Assembly (NCBI GenBank): GCA_017528315.1
Contig: JAFXOW010000005.1
Coordinates: forward strand, 1,986-65,985
Reading direction: 5' to 3'
Origin: Bacilli bacterium
GTDB taxonomy: Bacteria; Bacillota_I; Bacilli_A; RF39; UBA660
Length of the DNA: 64,000 bases
This document shows, piece after piece, positions 10,517-21,130 of the stretch (position 1 is its first letter; each line of letters begins with the position of its first letter). The translations under genes were made by a program, and so were the position numbers. Below the pieces are notes generated by a model. The model was not told where the DNA came from. It saw nothing but the letters and a program-made list of their open reading frames with translations, and searched no databases.

Positions 10517-12031
10517 ATGAAGAAGAAATATAATTTAATAATATATATAATATTTTGCTTAATATTTATGACTATTAATATTTTATTTTTATTTAATAAA
10601 ATGCCTCATTATATTACGCTTGAATTTAATAAAACAGTTAGATTTATTTTGTTAATGATTATGATGTTATTTGAAATAACATTTAGTAGTTTAGTATATA
10701 TTTTATATAAAAAAAAGAATGCTTTTGAAAAATTATTTCTAATTGTTGCTCTTTCACTTGGCTTATTATTATTAGTATTGATACCTGTTGGAAAAGTTCC
10801 TGATGAATATAGTCATTTTGGACGAGCTTATGATATATCAATGGGAAATTTAATGGCCTCTGAAAAAGGTAGCGATATGCCTATTGAAATAGCAACTAGT
10901 GTTATTTCAGAACAAGAATATGGTAATTATTCAGAAATAATTAAAAAAATAACTACAGAAAATTCAGGACAAACAAGTCATTATGTTTTTTTAAATACGG
11001 CTGTATATAATTTTATTTGTTACATTCCTCAAACAATAGGAATTATTGTTGGAAAGGTATTTAATGCTCCGGTTTTATTAGATGCTTATTTAGGAAGAAT
11101 AACTAATTTTATTTGTTGGATTACTTTGTTATATTTTTCGATTAAATTTATTCCATTTGCTAAAAAATATTTGATTTTAATATCATTGTTGCCAATTACT
11201 TTGCAGGAAGCGGTTTCTTTATCACCTGATGCTTTAACTTTTGCATCATGTGTGTTCTTAATTTCTTATACATTATATCTTGCCAACACGAAGAGAGAGT
11301 TTGTTATAAAAGATTATGTTATTTTATCAGTTATGTGTATCATTGTTTCTTTGTGTAAAATAGTATATATGCCTGTTTGTTTAATTTTATTTATATTACC
11401 GAAAGAGAAATTTAAAAGTTTAAAAGATAAAAATATTAAAATATTATCATTAGCTTTAATTGTTATTACTTTAAATTTATCGTGGTTAAAAATTGCTTCA
11501 GGATTCCTAATAGAAACTCATCCAGGAGTTAATCCTGTATTACAAAAAAATTGGGTTTTAAGCCATCCTTTTAGTTATTTGAAAGTACTAATTATGAGTA
11601 TATATACAAATTACCATTTTTATTTATCCAGTATGATGGGTCAATCATTAGAATTATTAAGTGTCGATGTGACAGGTTTTTATCCAAAAATTTCTTTATT
11701 TGGTTTAATTATACTAACTATATTAGATAGATTTACTGATATATTTATAAAGTTTAAAGATAAAATATTATTTTTATTTATAGTTATATCAATTATAGTT
11801 TTAATATTTACAAGTCTTTATATTCAATGGACGCCCGTAAAGTATCCTGTTGTAGATGGTGTGCAAGGAAGGTATTTTTTACCACTTTTATGTCTGATTC
11901 CACTTATATTTTATAATAGTAAAAAAAGATTAAAAACATATGATTTTAATTACTTAAATATTTATGTTTTGGTTTATAGTATTTTTGCTAATCTTGGGGC
12001 ATTTATATATATTTTTGCTGTAAATTATTAA
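10517..12031 (+). CDS. DUF2142-family polytopic membrane protein (probable GT-C-type transferase)
   Basis: VPDEYSHFGRAY, SPDA, GVQGRYFLP motifs and many TM segments. ATG at 10517 after GGAGG. Confidence 0.75.
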   Translation: MKKKYNLIIYIIFCLIFMTINILFLFNKMPHYITLEFNKTVRFILLMIMMLFEITFSSLVYILYKKKNAFEKLFLIVALSLGLLLLVLIPVGKVPDEYSHFGRAYDISMGNLMASEKGSDMPIEIATSVISEQEYGNYSEIIKKITTENSGQTSHYVFLNTAVYNFICYIPQTIGIIVGKVFNAPVLLDAYLGRITNFICWITLLYFSIKFIPFAKKYLILISLLPITLQEAVSLSPDALTFASCVFLISYTLYLANTKREFVIKDYVILSVMCIIVSLCKIVYMPVCLILFILPKEKFKSLKDKNIKILSLALIVITLNLSWLKIASGFLIETHPGVNPVLQKNWVLSHPFSYLKVLIMSIYTNYHFYLSSMMGQSLELLSVDVTGFYPKISLFGLIILTILDRFTDIFIKFKDKILFLFIVISIIVLIFTSLYIQWTPVKYPVVDGVQGRYFLPLLCLIPLIFYNSKKRLKTYDFNYLNIYVLVYSIFANLGAFIYIFAVNY

Positions 12032-12067
12032 TATTGTCATTATTTTAGTAAGGAGGTGCAAGAAAAC

Positions 12068-12787
12068 ATGAACCCAAAAATTCTTATAATAATACCCGCT
12101 TATAATGAAGAAAAAAATATTTTAAAAACTTATAATTCAATTATTAAATATAATGAAAATAATCAAACTAATTATGAAGTAATTGTTATAAATGATGGTT
12201 CAACAGATAACACTAGTAAAATATGTCATGATAATAATATTCCAATTATAGATTTAGTTGTAAATTTAGGAATAGGTGGGGCAGTTCAAACTGGTTATAA
12301 ATATGCTTATTATAATAATTATGATATAGCTGTTCAATTTGATGGTGATGGTCAGCACGATGTAAATTATATAAAAACTATTACTGAACCTATAATTAGT
12401 GGTACATGTGATATGATAATTGGTTCTCGCTTTGTTGATAAAGAATCGATTGGATTTAAATCATCAGTAGCAAGAAGATTTGGAATTAAAATTATTTCAA
12501 ATTTGATTAAGTTTTCATGTAATAAAAAAATATATGATGCAACATCAGGGTTTAGGGCAATTAACCGAAATTTAATAAAAGAATTTTGTGTGAATTACCC
12601 AATTGAATATCCAGAACCAATAACAAATGCTATTGTTGTTAAAAAGGGATATGAAGTTCAAGAAGTAACGGTTAAAATGCATGCAAGACAAGGTGGTGTA
12701 TCATCAATTAAAACGTGGAAAAATGCTTATTATATGATGAATGTTGGACTTGCATTAATAATTACAAAATTTAGGAGGTACAAATGA
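12068..12787 (+). CDS. Polyprenol-phosphate glycosyltransferase, GT2 (GacI/DPM1-like)
   Basis: IIPAYNEE, NLGIGGAVQTG, QFDGDGQH, DATSGFRA. Followed by a DUF2304 gene. Confidence 0.85.
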   Translation: MNPKILIIIPAYNEEKNILKTYNSIIKYNENNQTNYEVIVINDGSTDNTSKICHDNNIPIIDLVVNLGIGGAVQTGYKYAYYNNYDIAVQFDGDGQHDVNYIKTITEPIISGTCDMIIGSRFVDKESIGFKSSVARRFGIKIISNLIKFSCNKKIYDATSGFRAINRNLIKEFCVNYPIEYPEPITNAIVVKKGYEVQEVTVKMHARQGGVSSIKTWKNAYYMMNVGLALIITKFRRYK

Positions 12788-13134
12788 TATCTAAATCACT
12801 TACAGTAACTTTAATAATAGTTGCTATTAGTTTTATAGTTATTACATCTTATTTTTTAAAAAAAGAAAAAATTCCTGAGAAATACTCATTATTATGGTAT
12901 TTGTTTTCTATCTTGATTTTGTTAGTTGCTTTTTTTCCTAATATGTTTAATTTCATTTCTCAAAAAATTGGATTTGAAGTTATGTCTAATATGATGATAG
13001 CAATTATTATAGGAATATTGTTGTTAGTTTCGATGTTCTTAACAATAATGATTTCCGATCAGAAGAAAAAAAATATTATTCTTATTCAGGAATTATCTAT
13101 TTTTAAAGAAAAAGTAGAAAGGATAAAAAAATGA
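12784..13134 (+). CDS. DUF2304 small membrane protein (GacJ-like)
   Basis: 116 aa, 3 TM, YSLLW and LIQELS motifs. Overlaps the GT2 stop codon. Confidence 0.8.
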   Translation: MISKSLTVTLIIVAISFIVITSYFLKKEKIPEKYSLLWYLFSILILLVAFFPNMFNFISQKIGFEVMSNMMIAIIIGILLLVSMFLTIMISDQKKKNIILIQELSIFKEKVERIKK

Positions 13135-13478
13135 AATATATATTAACTATGGCTTATTTATTATGTACAACAAGTGGATTAACTTTTATGAAATTAGGTG
13201 GAGATTCGCTTCATTTAACATTTAAAAATGGATTTAATTTTAAAATGGGTTGGTTTACGTTTTTTGGTTTTTGTTTATATTTAATTAGTTTTTTGTTATG
13301 GCAACGTATGCTTATAAAATATGATTTATCCATTATGGTTCCAATTGTAACCGGTCTTGTTCAAATAATTGTTTTAGTAATAGGACATTTTGTTTTTAAA
13401 GAAAATTTAAGTATTATTTCAGCAATTGGTGCAATTATGATTGTTGCAGGAATAGTTATAATGACCATAGGTAAGTAA
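13131..13478 (+). CDS. SMR/EamA-like 4-TM transporter (candidate lipid-linked sugar flippase)
   Basis: 115 aa with four hydrophobic segments; DLSIMVP...FKE...GAIMIVAGIV. Confidence 0.7.
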   Translation: MKYILTMAYLLCTTSGLTFMKLGGDSLHLTFKNGFNFKMGWFTFFGFCLYLISFLLWQRMLIKYDLSIMVPIVTGLVQIIVLVIGHFVFKENLSIISAIGAIMIVAGIVIMTIGK

Positions 13479-13596
13479 TATTATAAATTTAGTTTGTAAA
13501 GGTCAAATAAAATAGGTTGGTAGGTGCTTTTAAACTTTAAATATTTCGTTATTTAAAGGAGAATATAATTTTGTTTGAAAGGATTGATTTTTAAAA

Positions 13597-15000
13597 ATGA
13601 AAAATATTGATAAAATAAAAAAAATAATTAATAATAAATACTTTATGTTTTTTTTGTGTTTTACTGCTTTTTTTGTAAGTGTTTATAGTAAGGATATAAT
13701 AATGAATTCAGGTGATGCATCTGAAACAATTAAGGTAGTAGAGTCTTTTTTTGGTAAAAATATATATTGTTCCTATATAATGTATAAAGGTATTTATGCA
13801 TTTTTACCTGGTATAGCTTGTTATTTTCTTTCTAAAATTACTGGAGTTTCAATGTATTTCTTTTGGAAAATATTAAAATCATTAGCATTTGCTTATCTTG
13901 CAACTATTGGAGTACCATTTTTATTTGAAAAAATATTTAAGAATCCAGTAAAGGTATGGCAAAAATATTTGTTTGCAATTGTATTATTTATTTTAGAAAG
14001 ATGTGTTTTTTATTTAATAAGTGTTGATTTAACTAGTTGTTTATTTTTAGTACTTGCTCTTAATCAAACAATTAAATTGAGTGAAAAATATTCACACAAA
14101 TTATGTTTTATAACCGGTCTGATATTTGGAATTGAAACTGGCTTAAGTGGACAATTTTCAATATCTGTTTATATTTTAATTATATATTTATTAATACAAT
14201 TAATTAAAAAGACAAGAAAAAATCTAAAGAAAATGGGACTTGTGGTTATTATTTTTGCGTTAGGTTTTTGTATCACCAAATCAGCTGATATTGCTTTTGA
14301 AAAGTTAGTTGTTAATAATTTTCGTGAAAATGGAGAATGGTTACCAACCAAATCAGATTGGTTTAATCATGGATTGAGTTTTCATATGACTTTTATTACT
14401 TATCCTGCCAATTTAGAAGATAAATTATCACTCGCAATTGCAAAGAATGATAATGAAGATTATTATAATTTTATAGTAAATGGTAGTGATATATATACAT
14501 TAAGGCATTATGTAAAAATGATTATTAAACATCCTGTTTCGTTTGTTATTAGATGGACAGAAAGATTATTTTTAGGATTGGTTAATGACCCAATAAATTC
14601 ATTCGGAATAAAAAGTGGACCAATTTATTTTGTTGTATCCTTTATGGGAGTATGCTTGTATTCTTTAATTTATTATTTAAAGAAATATACTAAAAAATTA
14701 AAAGATTTGTTATCTTTTCCAGCTTTTGTTTTATATTCTGTTTTGTTTTCAGCATTTGTTCCAAGTTTTGGACATGTCGAAAATAGATATTATTTTTCAG
14801 CAAGAGTTATTTTAATAGGAGTATTATTGCTAAGTCCTTTATTACCAAATTATCTAAAAAAGTTTAAAGATAAAAAAGTGAAATTTACTAATATTAATAT
14901 GGATTTTATTACATGTTTAATTTTTGTAATAATATGTTTAGTTGCTTATTGTGCATTATATCAAAATATGAGTGATATTATTTTGCAGAATAATTTCTAA
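13597..15000 (+). CDS. Polytopic membrane protein, possible GT-C transferase or polymerase
   Basis: 467 aa, about 11 TM segments, early GDASE acidic loop and late ENRYY motif. Lies within the glycan locus. Confidence 0.5.
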   Translation: MKNIDKIKKIINNKYFMFFLCFTAFFVSVYSKDIIMNSGDASETIKVVESFFGKNIYCSYIMYKGIYAFLPGIACYFLSKITGVSMYFFWKILKSLAFAYLATIGVPFLFEKIFKNPVKVWQKYLFAIVLFILERCVFYLISVDLTSCLFLVLALNQTIKLSEKYSHKLCFITGLIFGIETGLSGQFSISVYILIIYLLIQLIKKTRKNLKKMGLVVIIFALGFCITKSADIAFEKLVVNNFRENGEWLPTKSDWFNHGLSFHMTFITYPANLEDKLSLAIAKNDNEDYYNFIVNGSDIYTLRHYVKMIIKHPVSFVIRWTERLFLGLVNDPINSFGIKSGPIYFVVSFMGVCLYSLIYYLKKYTKKLKDLLSFPAFVLYSVLFSAFVPSFGHVENRYYFSARVILIGVLLLSPLLPNYLKKFKDKKVKFTNINMDFITCLIFVIICLVAYCALYQNMSDIILQNNF

Positions 15001-15118
15001 AAGATAAGTAAATATAGTTGAGACTATATTATTAAGTATGTTATACTTATTGTAGTAACGTTTAAAAAAATTGATTAGTAGATTATGATATGTGGGAAAT
15101 GAAGAAAGAGGTATAAAA

Positions 15119-16279
15119 ATGAGAAAAGATAGTAATGGAATTCAACTCATTAATAATAATAAAAAATTTTCCATTCTAGTTTTAAACTATAATAATTTTA
15201 ATTATTTATTTGAAATGCTTGATTCAATTTATAATCAGTCATATTCAAATATCGAATTAGTAATCGCTGATGATGCATCTAGTTATTTTGATAAAGAGAG
15301 AGTAATTAAGTATATTAATAATAAGGAAAGAAAAATAAAAACAACTATTTTTGTTAATGATGAAAATATTGGGACAGTTAAAACAATTAATAAATATTTA
15401 AAAGAATTAACAGGTGATTATTATTTAATTACAGCTTCTGATGATGTTTTTGCTAACGATGAGGTTCTAGCTAATTTTGTTAGGTGTTTTGAAAAGCATA
15501 ATACTCAAATAATTACTTCACAGTGGATAATATGTGATAACAATTTAAATAAAATTAGAAATTTTATACCGAATAAAAAAATTATAGATTATAATAATGA
15601 TCAAGAAAAATTGTTGCTTGATATGTGTAAAAGTAATCGTTTTGGATCTGGGGCAACAGCTTATAAAAAGGAATTGTTTAATACATATAAATTTGATGAA
15701 ACATATATATTTTTAGAAGATTGGCCACTTTGGTTAAAGTTATTATTTAATGAGAAAATAATATATGTAGATTCATTTGACTCTTTGTTACATAGAAGTG
15801 GTGGTATAAGTGAAACAACCACAATTAGTGACTCAAAAAAGCAATTTTTTAAAGAATTATTAGAAACATTTCATAGAGAAATAATTCCAAATTTGAAAAA
15901 TTTTACTAATTATAAAAAGTGGTCAATACTTGAATCATATAAGTTTTATATTGAATATTATGGTAAATATATTGATACATCTTTTTATGATAAAGAATTA
16001 AAAAAAATTGTTTATAATAATAGACCAATTAAATTTTATTATTATTTAAATGAGATAAATCCTCATTTAATAAGAAATTTAAAAGAGATGATTAAACATA
16101 GACATATTGTTTTGATAACCTTTATATTAACAATTATAATTTCAATGATATTAATAAATTTTATAGGAAGTAAAAATTTGATTTTGTTATTTATTATAAT
16201 GATATACATTATTATATATATAGGTTTTGTATTTTTAAAAGAAGTTAGGAGACGAGTAAAATGGAAAAATATACCATAG
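15119..16279 (+). CDS. GT2 glycosyltransferase with C-terminal TM anchor
   Basis: IADDAS, TASDD, FLEDWPLW, two C-terminal TM segments. ATG at 15119 after GAGGT. Confidence 0.82.
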   Translation: MRKDSNGIQLINNNKKFSILVLNYNNFNYLFEMLDSIYNQSYSNIELVIADDASSYFDKERVIKYINNKERKIKTTIFVNDENIGTVKTINKYLKELTGDYYLITASDDVFANDEVLANFVRCFEKHNTQIITSQWIICDNNLNKIRNFIPNKKIIDYNNDQEKLLLDMCKSNRFGSGATAYKKELFNTYKFDETYIFLEDWPLWLKLLFNEKIIYVDSFDSLLHRSGGISETTTISDSKKQFFKELLETFHREIIPNLKNFTNYKKWSILESYKFYIEYYGKYIDTSFYDKELKKIVYNNRPIKFYYYLNEINPHLIRNLKEMIKHRHIVLITFILTIIISMILINFIGSKNLILLFIIMIYIIIYIGFVFLKEVRRRVKWKNIP

Positions 16280-17478
16280 TATTATTACATTATAATCAAA
16301 TGAAATATATTGAAGAGGCAATTATTTCAATAATGAATCAAACATATAAGAATGTTGAGTTAATAGTGGCTGATGATTGTTCACCTGAATTTGATTATGA
16401 TAAAATAGAAAAGATAATAAAAAAATATAATAAAAATAATTATGAATATAAAATATTAACTATGAAACAAAATTCGGGTACAGTTAAAAATTTAAATAAT
16501 GCTATTAAAAATGCTACAGGTAAATTTATTCACTTTTTAGCAAGTGATGATGTTTTATATGATAACAATGTAATAACTAATTTTGTTGAAGAATTTAATG
16601 ATAAGTCCAAAGACATAATAACAGCTCAATGTTTAATGTGTGATGATAAATTAGAAAAAGGTAAACCATATGTTAATGTTAAAATGGCAAAAAAACTTAA
16701 TGAAAAGGGCACGATTGCTTTATTTGAAAAGATGGCAGAGTATTGTATATATTGTGCTGGTGCTACTGTATATAGAATAAAACTATTAAAAGATAATAAA
16801 TTATTTGATGAAAGATATCAATATATTGAAGATTGGTCATCGTGGCTTCAGTTATTAGAAAAAGGAACAATGATTTATTACGTTGATTTTATTGCATACA
16901 AACATCGAGATGGTGGAATATCACATAGTGATCACAAAGTTGAGATACCAAATCATGTAAAAAAATATTATAAAGAATTATTGGATATCACTGTGAATGA
17001 TGTTTTTCCATATATTAACAAATATAAGATATCTGAACAATATAGAATAGTAAAAAAATTTTATGATTGTGCAAACTATTTTGGCGGTTTTGTTCCTGAA
17101 TTATATGAGTATAACCAATATATTGATAAATTAAAAGGAGAAAATCAAAAGTTTGCAACTTATTGGCGTTTTAGAAAAGTATTTGATGTAATAAAGATTA
17201 ATTTTATATATAAAATAAAAAATTTAATTAAATATAATAAAGTTATTCCTGCGACATTTATAGCTTGGGTAGTTAGTTGTTTTATCTTAAATAATTATTT
17301 ACAAATTAATAATAGAAACTATATTTTATTAATATATATATTATTATATTTTGGTTGGTATATAATAATGTTTGAAATTGATAAATTGTTTTATTTGAAA
17401 AAACTAATTGATGAAGCTAAATTTTATCGAACAAAAAATAAAAAATTAGAAGATGAGAAGGTTGAAAAATGGGATTAA
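16261..17478 (+). CDS. GT2 glycosyltransferase, paralog of the preceding gene
   Basis: VADDCS, LASDD, YIEDWSSW, GGIS, C-terminal TM segments. Confidence 0.82.
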   Translation: MEKYTIVLLHYNQMKYIEEAIISIMNQTYKNVELIVADDCSPEFDYDKIEKIIKKYNKNNYEYKILTMKQNSGTVKNLNNAIKNATGKFIHFLASDDVLYDNNVITNFVEEFNDKSKDIITAQCLMCDDKLEKGKPYVNVKMAKKLNEKGTIALFEKMAEYCIYCAGATVYRIKLLKDNKLFDERYQYIEDWSSWLQLLEKGTMIYYVDFIAYKHRDGGISHSDHKVEIPNHVKKYYKELLDITVNDVFPYINKYKISEQYRIVKKFYDCANYFGGFVPELYEYNQYIDKLKGENQKFATYWRFRKVFDVIKINFIYKIKNLIKYNKVIPATFIAWVVSCFILNNYLQINNRNYILLIYILLYFGWYIIMFEIDKLFYLKKLIDEAKFYRTKNKKLEDEKVEKWD

Positions 17479-17978
17479 GAAAACTAGAATACAAAGATAT
17501 TCCTTATATGCTTGAATGGATGCATGATGATAGTGTTACAGAATTTATGGGAAAAGATTTTTCTAAAATTGATGAAGAACAGGCTAAAAAATTTATTGAT
17601 AATTCAATAAATGATGTAAACGTTAACTATGCTATTGTTGATGAATTTGATGAGTATATGGGAACAGTAAGTTTAAAAAATATTGATTATGAAAATAAAA
17701 AAGCTGAGTATGCTATTTGTATTCGTAGTAAAGCTATGGGTAAAGGTTTATCAAAAATGGCAACTAATGAGATATTAAGAATTGCTTTTGATGAATTAAA
17801 CTTAAATAAAGTATATTTATATGTTTCTAAAGATAATGTTAGAGCAAATAAATTTTATCAAAAATATGATTTTATATTAGAAGGTGAATTTATAGAAGAT
17901 ATGTATATTAAAGGACAATTTAAAGATATCAATTGGTATCGTATATTAAAAAAAGAATATAACGAAAGGATGAAGTAA
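17469..17978 (+). CDS. GNAT (RimJ/PseH-like) N-acyltransferase, probably acting on a dTDP-amino sugar
   Basis: GTVSLKNID, GKGLSK, NVRANKFYQKYDF. Adjacent to fdtA/fdtB-like genes. Confidence 0.75.
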   Translation: MGLRKLEYKDIPYMLEWMHDDSVTEFMGKDFSKIDEEQAKKFIDNSINDVNVNYAIVDEFDEYMGTVSLKNIDYENKKAEYAICIRSKAMGKGLSKMATNEILRIAFDELNLNKVYLYVSKDNVRANKFYQKYDFILEGEFIEDMYIKGQFKDINWYRILKKEYNERMK

Positions 17979-17979
17979 T

Positions 17980-18414
17980 ATGTATAATTGTAGTTTAATT
18001 AAATTTAGAAAAATAACCTCTTCTTCTGAAACTGGATTTGGAAGTTTAACACCAATCGAATATCCAGATAATATTCCTTTTGAAATTAAAAGGGTTTATT
18101 ATATTTATAATGTAGCTAAGGATTTAGTTAGAGGTCATCATTCTCATAAAAAGTTACATCAAGTTTTAATAGCTGTAAAAGGAAGTGTTAAAATAAGTGT
18201 TAAACATCACTATGGACAACAAGAATATATATTAAATGATCCATCAGTTGGATTGTATATAGGACCAAATGTTTGGCGAGAAATGAGTGATTTTTCGGAA
18301 GATGCAGTTTTATTAGTATTAGCATCTGATGTATATAATGCTGATGATTATATAAGAGACTATGATGAGTTTATTTTAAACAATGAAAATTTATATGGAA
18401 AGAAGGGAAATTAA
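17980..18414 (+). CDS. dTDP-4-keto-6-deoxyglucose 3,4-ketoisomerase (FdtA/QdtA family)
   Basis: IPFEIKRVYYIY, RGHHSHK, WREM, YIRDYDEF. Confidence 0.88.
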   Translation: MYNCSLIKFRKITSSSETGFGSLTPIEYPDNIPFEIKRVYYIYNVAKDLVRGHHSHKKLHQVLIAVKGSVKISVKHHYGQQEYILNDPSVGLYIGPNVWREMSDFSEDAVLLVLASDVYNADDYIRDYDEFILNNENLYGKKGN

Positions 18415-19509
18415 ATGAAAAGTATACCATTTGCAACGTTTCAACATTTACATGGTCTAATGGATAGTGAAATAAGAAAGGCTTTAAATGATACTTATGA
18501 ATCTGGTTGGTTTATAGATGGACAAAGATTAAAACAATTTGAGGCTGATTATGCTAAATATTGTGGAGCTAAATATGCTGTTGGGTGTGGTAACGGAGAA
18601 GATGCAATTGAACTTATTTTAAGAGGATATGGAATAGGTGAGGGTGATGAAGTAATAGTTTCATCTCATACATTTATTGCAAGTGTCCTAGCTGTAAGTG
18701 CGGTTGGAGCAACGCCTATTTTAATTGAACCAGAAATGGATTATTATTTAATAGATCCAAAATTAATAGAAGACAAGATAACTGCTAAAACAAAAGCTAT
18801 AATTGTGGTTCATCTATATGGTCAAGCATGTGATATGGATAAGATAAATGAAATAGCCAAAAAACATAATTTAAAAGTTATAGAAGATGCTGCCCAAGCT
18901 CATGGAGCAACTTATAAAGGAAGAAAAGTTGGTACACTTGGAGATGCTGCTGCCTTTAGTTTTTATCCTGGAAAAAATTTAGGAGCAATGGGTGATGCAG
19001 GAGCTGTTGTTACAAATGATGAAGAATTAGCAATTAAAGTTAAAACTTATTCTAATTATGGCGCTAAAATAAAATATCACCATGAAGTTAAAGGTGTTAA
19101 TTCAAGGCTTGATGAAATACAAGCAGCAGTTTTAGATGTTAAATTAAAATATTTAGATGAAACTAATGATTGGCGAAAAAAAATAGCTCAAAAATATCTA
19201 GAAGGAATAAAAAATAACAAGATAGTTTTACCTAAAATTGCAACATACAACGAACACGTATTCCATTTATTTGTAATTAGATGTAACGAAAGAGATAGGT
19301 TACAACAATATTTAAAAGACAATGGAATTGATACAGTAATTCATTATCCTATTCCAATATACATGCAAAATGCTTATCAAGAATTAAATAATTTAAATTT
19401 AGTTAAATCAAAAGAGTTAGCTGATACAGTTCTATCATTACCACTTTATTATGGTATGAGTGATGAAGAAATTAGCTATGTTATTGAAAAAATTAATAGT
19501 TTTGTATAG
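18415..19509 (+). CDS. DegT/DnrJ aminotransferase (FdtB/QdtB-like)
   Basis: [40 protein letters not shown]. Confidence 0.92.
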   Translation: MKSIPFATFQHLHGLMDSEIRKALNDTYESGWFIDGQRLKQFEADYAKYCGAKYAVGCGNGEDAIELILRGYGIGEGDEVIVSSHTFIASVLAVSAVGATPILIEPEMDYYLIDPKLIEDKITAKTKAIIVVHLYGQACDMDKINEIAKKHNLKVIEDAAQAHGATYKGRKVGTLGDAAAFSFYPGKNLGAMGDAGAVVTNDEELAIKVKTYSNYGAKIKYHHEVKGVNSRLDEIQAAVLDVKLKYLDETNDWRKKIAQKYLEGIKNNKIVLPKIATYNEHVFHLFVIRCNERDRLQQYLKDNGIDTVIHYPIPIYMQNAYQELNNLNLVKSKELADTVLSLPLYYGMSDEEISYVIEKINSFV

Positions 19510-19607
19510 AATATAAATAGTCAAATTTGAAATAAATTTAACTATTTTCTTTCAATTTTAGAATAAAAATGATATACTTATAGAGTAATTGTGATTAAGA
19601 GGTGGAT

Positions 19608-20351
19608 ATGAAAAAAAATGATGATGGGGTAGCAATAAGAATTAGAAACTTATATAAAGATTTTAAATTAAATTCTGATAAACCTAGAACATTAAAAGAA
19701 AGATTAATATGGTCTAAGAATAATAAAGTAGAAAGATTAACAATTTTAAAAAATATTAATTTAGATATAAAAAAAGGTGAAACAGTAGCTTTAATAGGAA
19801 CAAATGGGAGTGGCAAGAGTACTCTTTTAAAATTGATGACAAGAATTATATATCCAACTAAAGGTACTATTGAGACTTATGGTAAGTTAACTTCTCTTTT
19901 AGAGCTAGGAGCAGGTTTTCATCAAGATTTTACCGGTAGGGAAAACATTTACTTTAATGCTGCTATTTTTGGGCTTACTAAACAGGAAATAGATAAAAGG
20001 TTAGAAGAAATTATTGAATTTTCTGAACTTGGTGATTTTATAGATAATCCAGTACGAACCTATTCATCAGGAATGTATATGAGACTTGCCTTTTCAATTG
20101 CTATTAATGTTGATGCAGAAATACTTTTAATTGATGAAATTTTGGCTGTTGGTGATCAGCATTTTCAAGATAAATGTTTTAAAAAATTAATTGAATTAAA
20201 AGAAAGTGATAAAACTATAGTTATAGTTACACATAATTTAGAGCAGGTCCGACAAATTTGTAATAGAGCTATTTGGATTAAAGACGGATGTGTAGAAATG
20301 GATTCTTTGCCGGATGAAGTAGTGAAAAAATATATAGAAGTTTGTGGGTGA
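19608..20351 (+). CDS. Polysaccharide ABC exporter, ATP-binding subunit (Wzt/RgpD)
   Basis: GTNGSGKST, LLELGAGF, YSSGMYMRLAF, IDEILAVGD. Confidence 0.92.
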   Translation: MKKNDDGVAIRIRNLYKDFKLNSDKPRTLKERLIWSKNNKVERLTILKNINLDIKKGETVALIGTNGSGKSTLLKLMTRIIYPTKGTIETYGKLTSLLELGAGFHQDFTGRENIYFNAAIFGLTKQEIDKRLEEIIEFSELGDFIDNPVRTYSSGMYMRLAFSIAINVDAEILLIDEILAVGDQHFQDKCFKKLIELKESDKTIVIVTHNLEQVRQICNRAIWIKDGCVEMDSLPDEVVKKYIEVCG

Positions 20352-20356
20352 TTGAA

Positions 20357-21130
20357 ATGAATATTTTTGAAGAATTATATCAATATCGAGAACTTTTAAA
20401 AACTAATATTCACAAAGAAATAAGAGGAAAATATAAAGGAAGTTTTTTGGGAATAATTTGGTCGTTTTTAAACCCTTTGTTAATGGTATTAGTTTATGCA
20501 ATTGTATTTCCTTATATTATGAGAATGCAACAGGAACATTATTTAGTATATTTAATAACAGGTATTATACCTTGGAATTTCTTTACGACGGTTGTTACAA
20601 GTGGTTGTAATTGTGTTTGGATTAATGGCGGAATAATTAAAAAGGTATTTTTTCCTAGAGAAATATTGCCAATAAGTGTTGTAGGGGCTGCCCTTGTCAA
20701 TTTTTTGATTTCCTGTGTAATTATTCTTTTATTTGTTATATTTGGAGGTATTGGTTTATCATTTAATATATTATGGGTAATTCCAATAGCAATTATACAA
20801 AGTATGTTTAGTTTAGGAATATTATTTATTTTATCAGCTATTAATGTCTATATAAGAGATATAGAATATTTGGTAGCATTCTTTATGAATCTTGTGTTTT
20901 ATGCGACTCCTATCATTTATAATTCATCATTAATTCCTGATAGATTTAGATGGATACTATATTTAAATCCTATGACACAGTTTATTGATGCATATAGAAA
21001 TATATTTTATTATAAAACTTTACCAAATTGCATGTCTCTGTTTATTTTATTTTTCGTGTCAATTATTGTTTTAACAATAGGATATCTTGTTTTTGATAAA
21101 TTAGAAAAAGGATTTGCTGAAGAAGTATAA
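20357..21130 (+). CDS. Polysaccharide ABC exporter, permease (Wzm/RgpC)
   Basis: KYKGSFLGIIWSFLNP, YATPIIY, LNPM; 6 TM segments. Confidence 0.92.
   Translation: MNIFEELYQYRELLKTNIHKEIRGKYKGSFLGIIWSFLNPLLMVLVYAIVFPYIMRMQQEHYLVYLITGIIPWNFFTTVVTSGCNCVWINGGIIKKVFFPREILPISVVGAALVNFLISCVIILLFVIFGGIGLSFNILWVIPIAIIQSMFSLGILFILSAINVYIRDIEYLVAFFMNLVFYATPIIYNSSLIPDRFRWILYLNPMTQFIDAYRNIFYYKTLPNCMSLFILFFVSIIVLTIGYLVFDKLEKGFAEEV

Noticed and set aside
13520-13535. ops/JUMPstart-like GGTTGGTAGGTG in the glycan locus (GTTGGTAG also near 55490)
   Set aside because: Only a partial match to GGCGGTAG, and there is no NusG paralog in the window.
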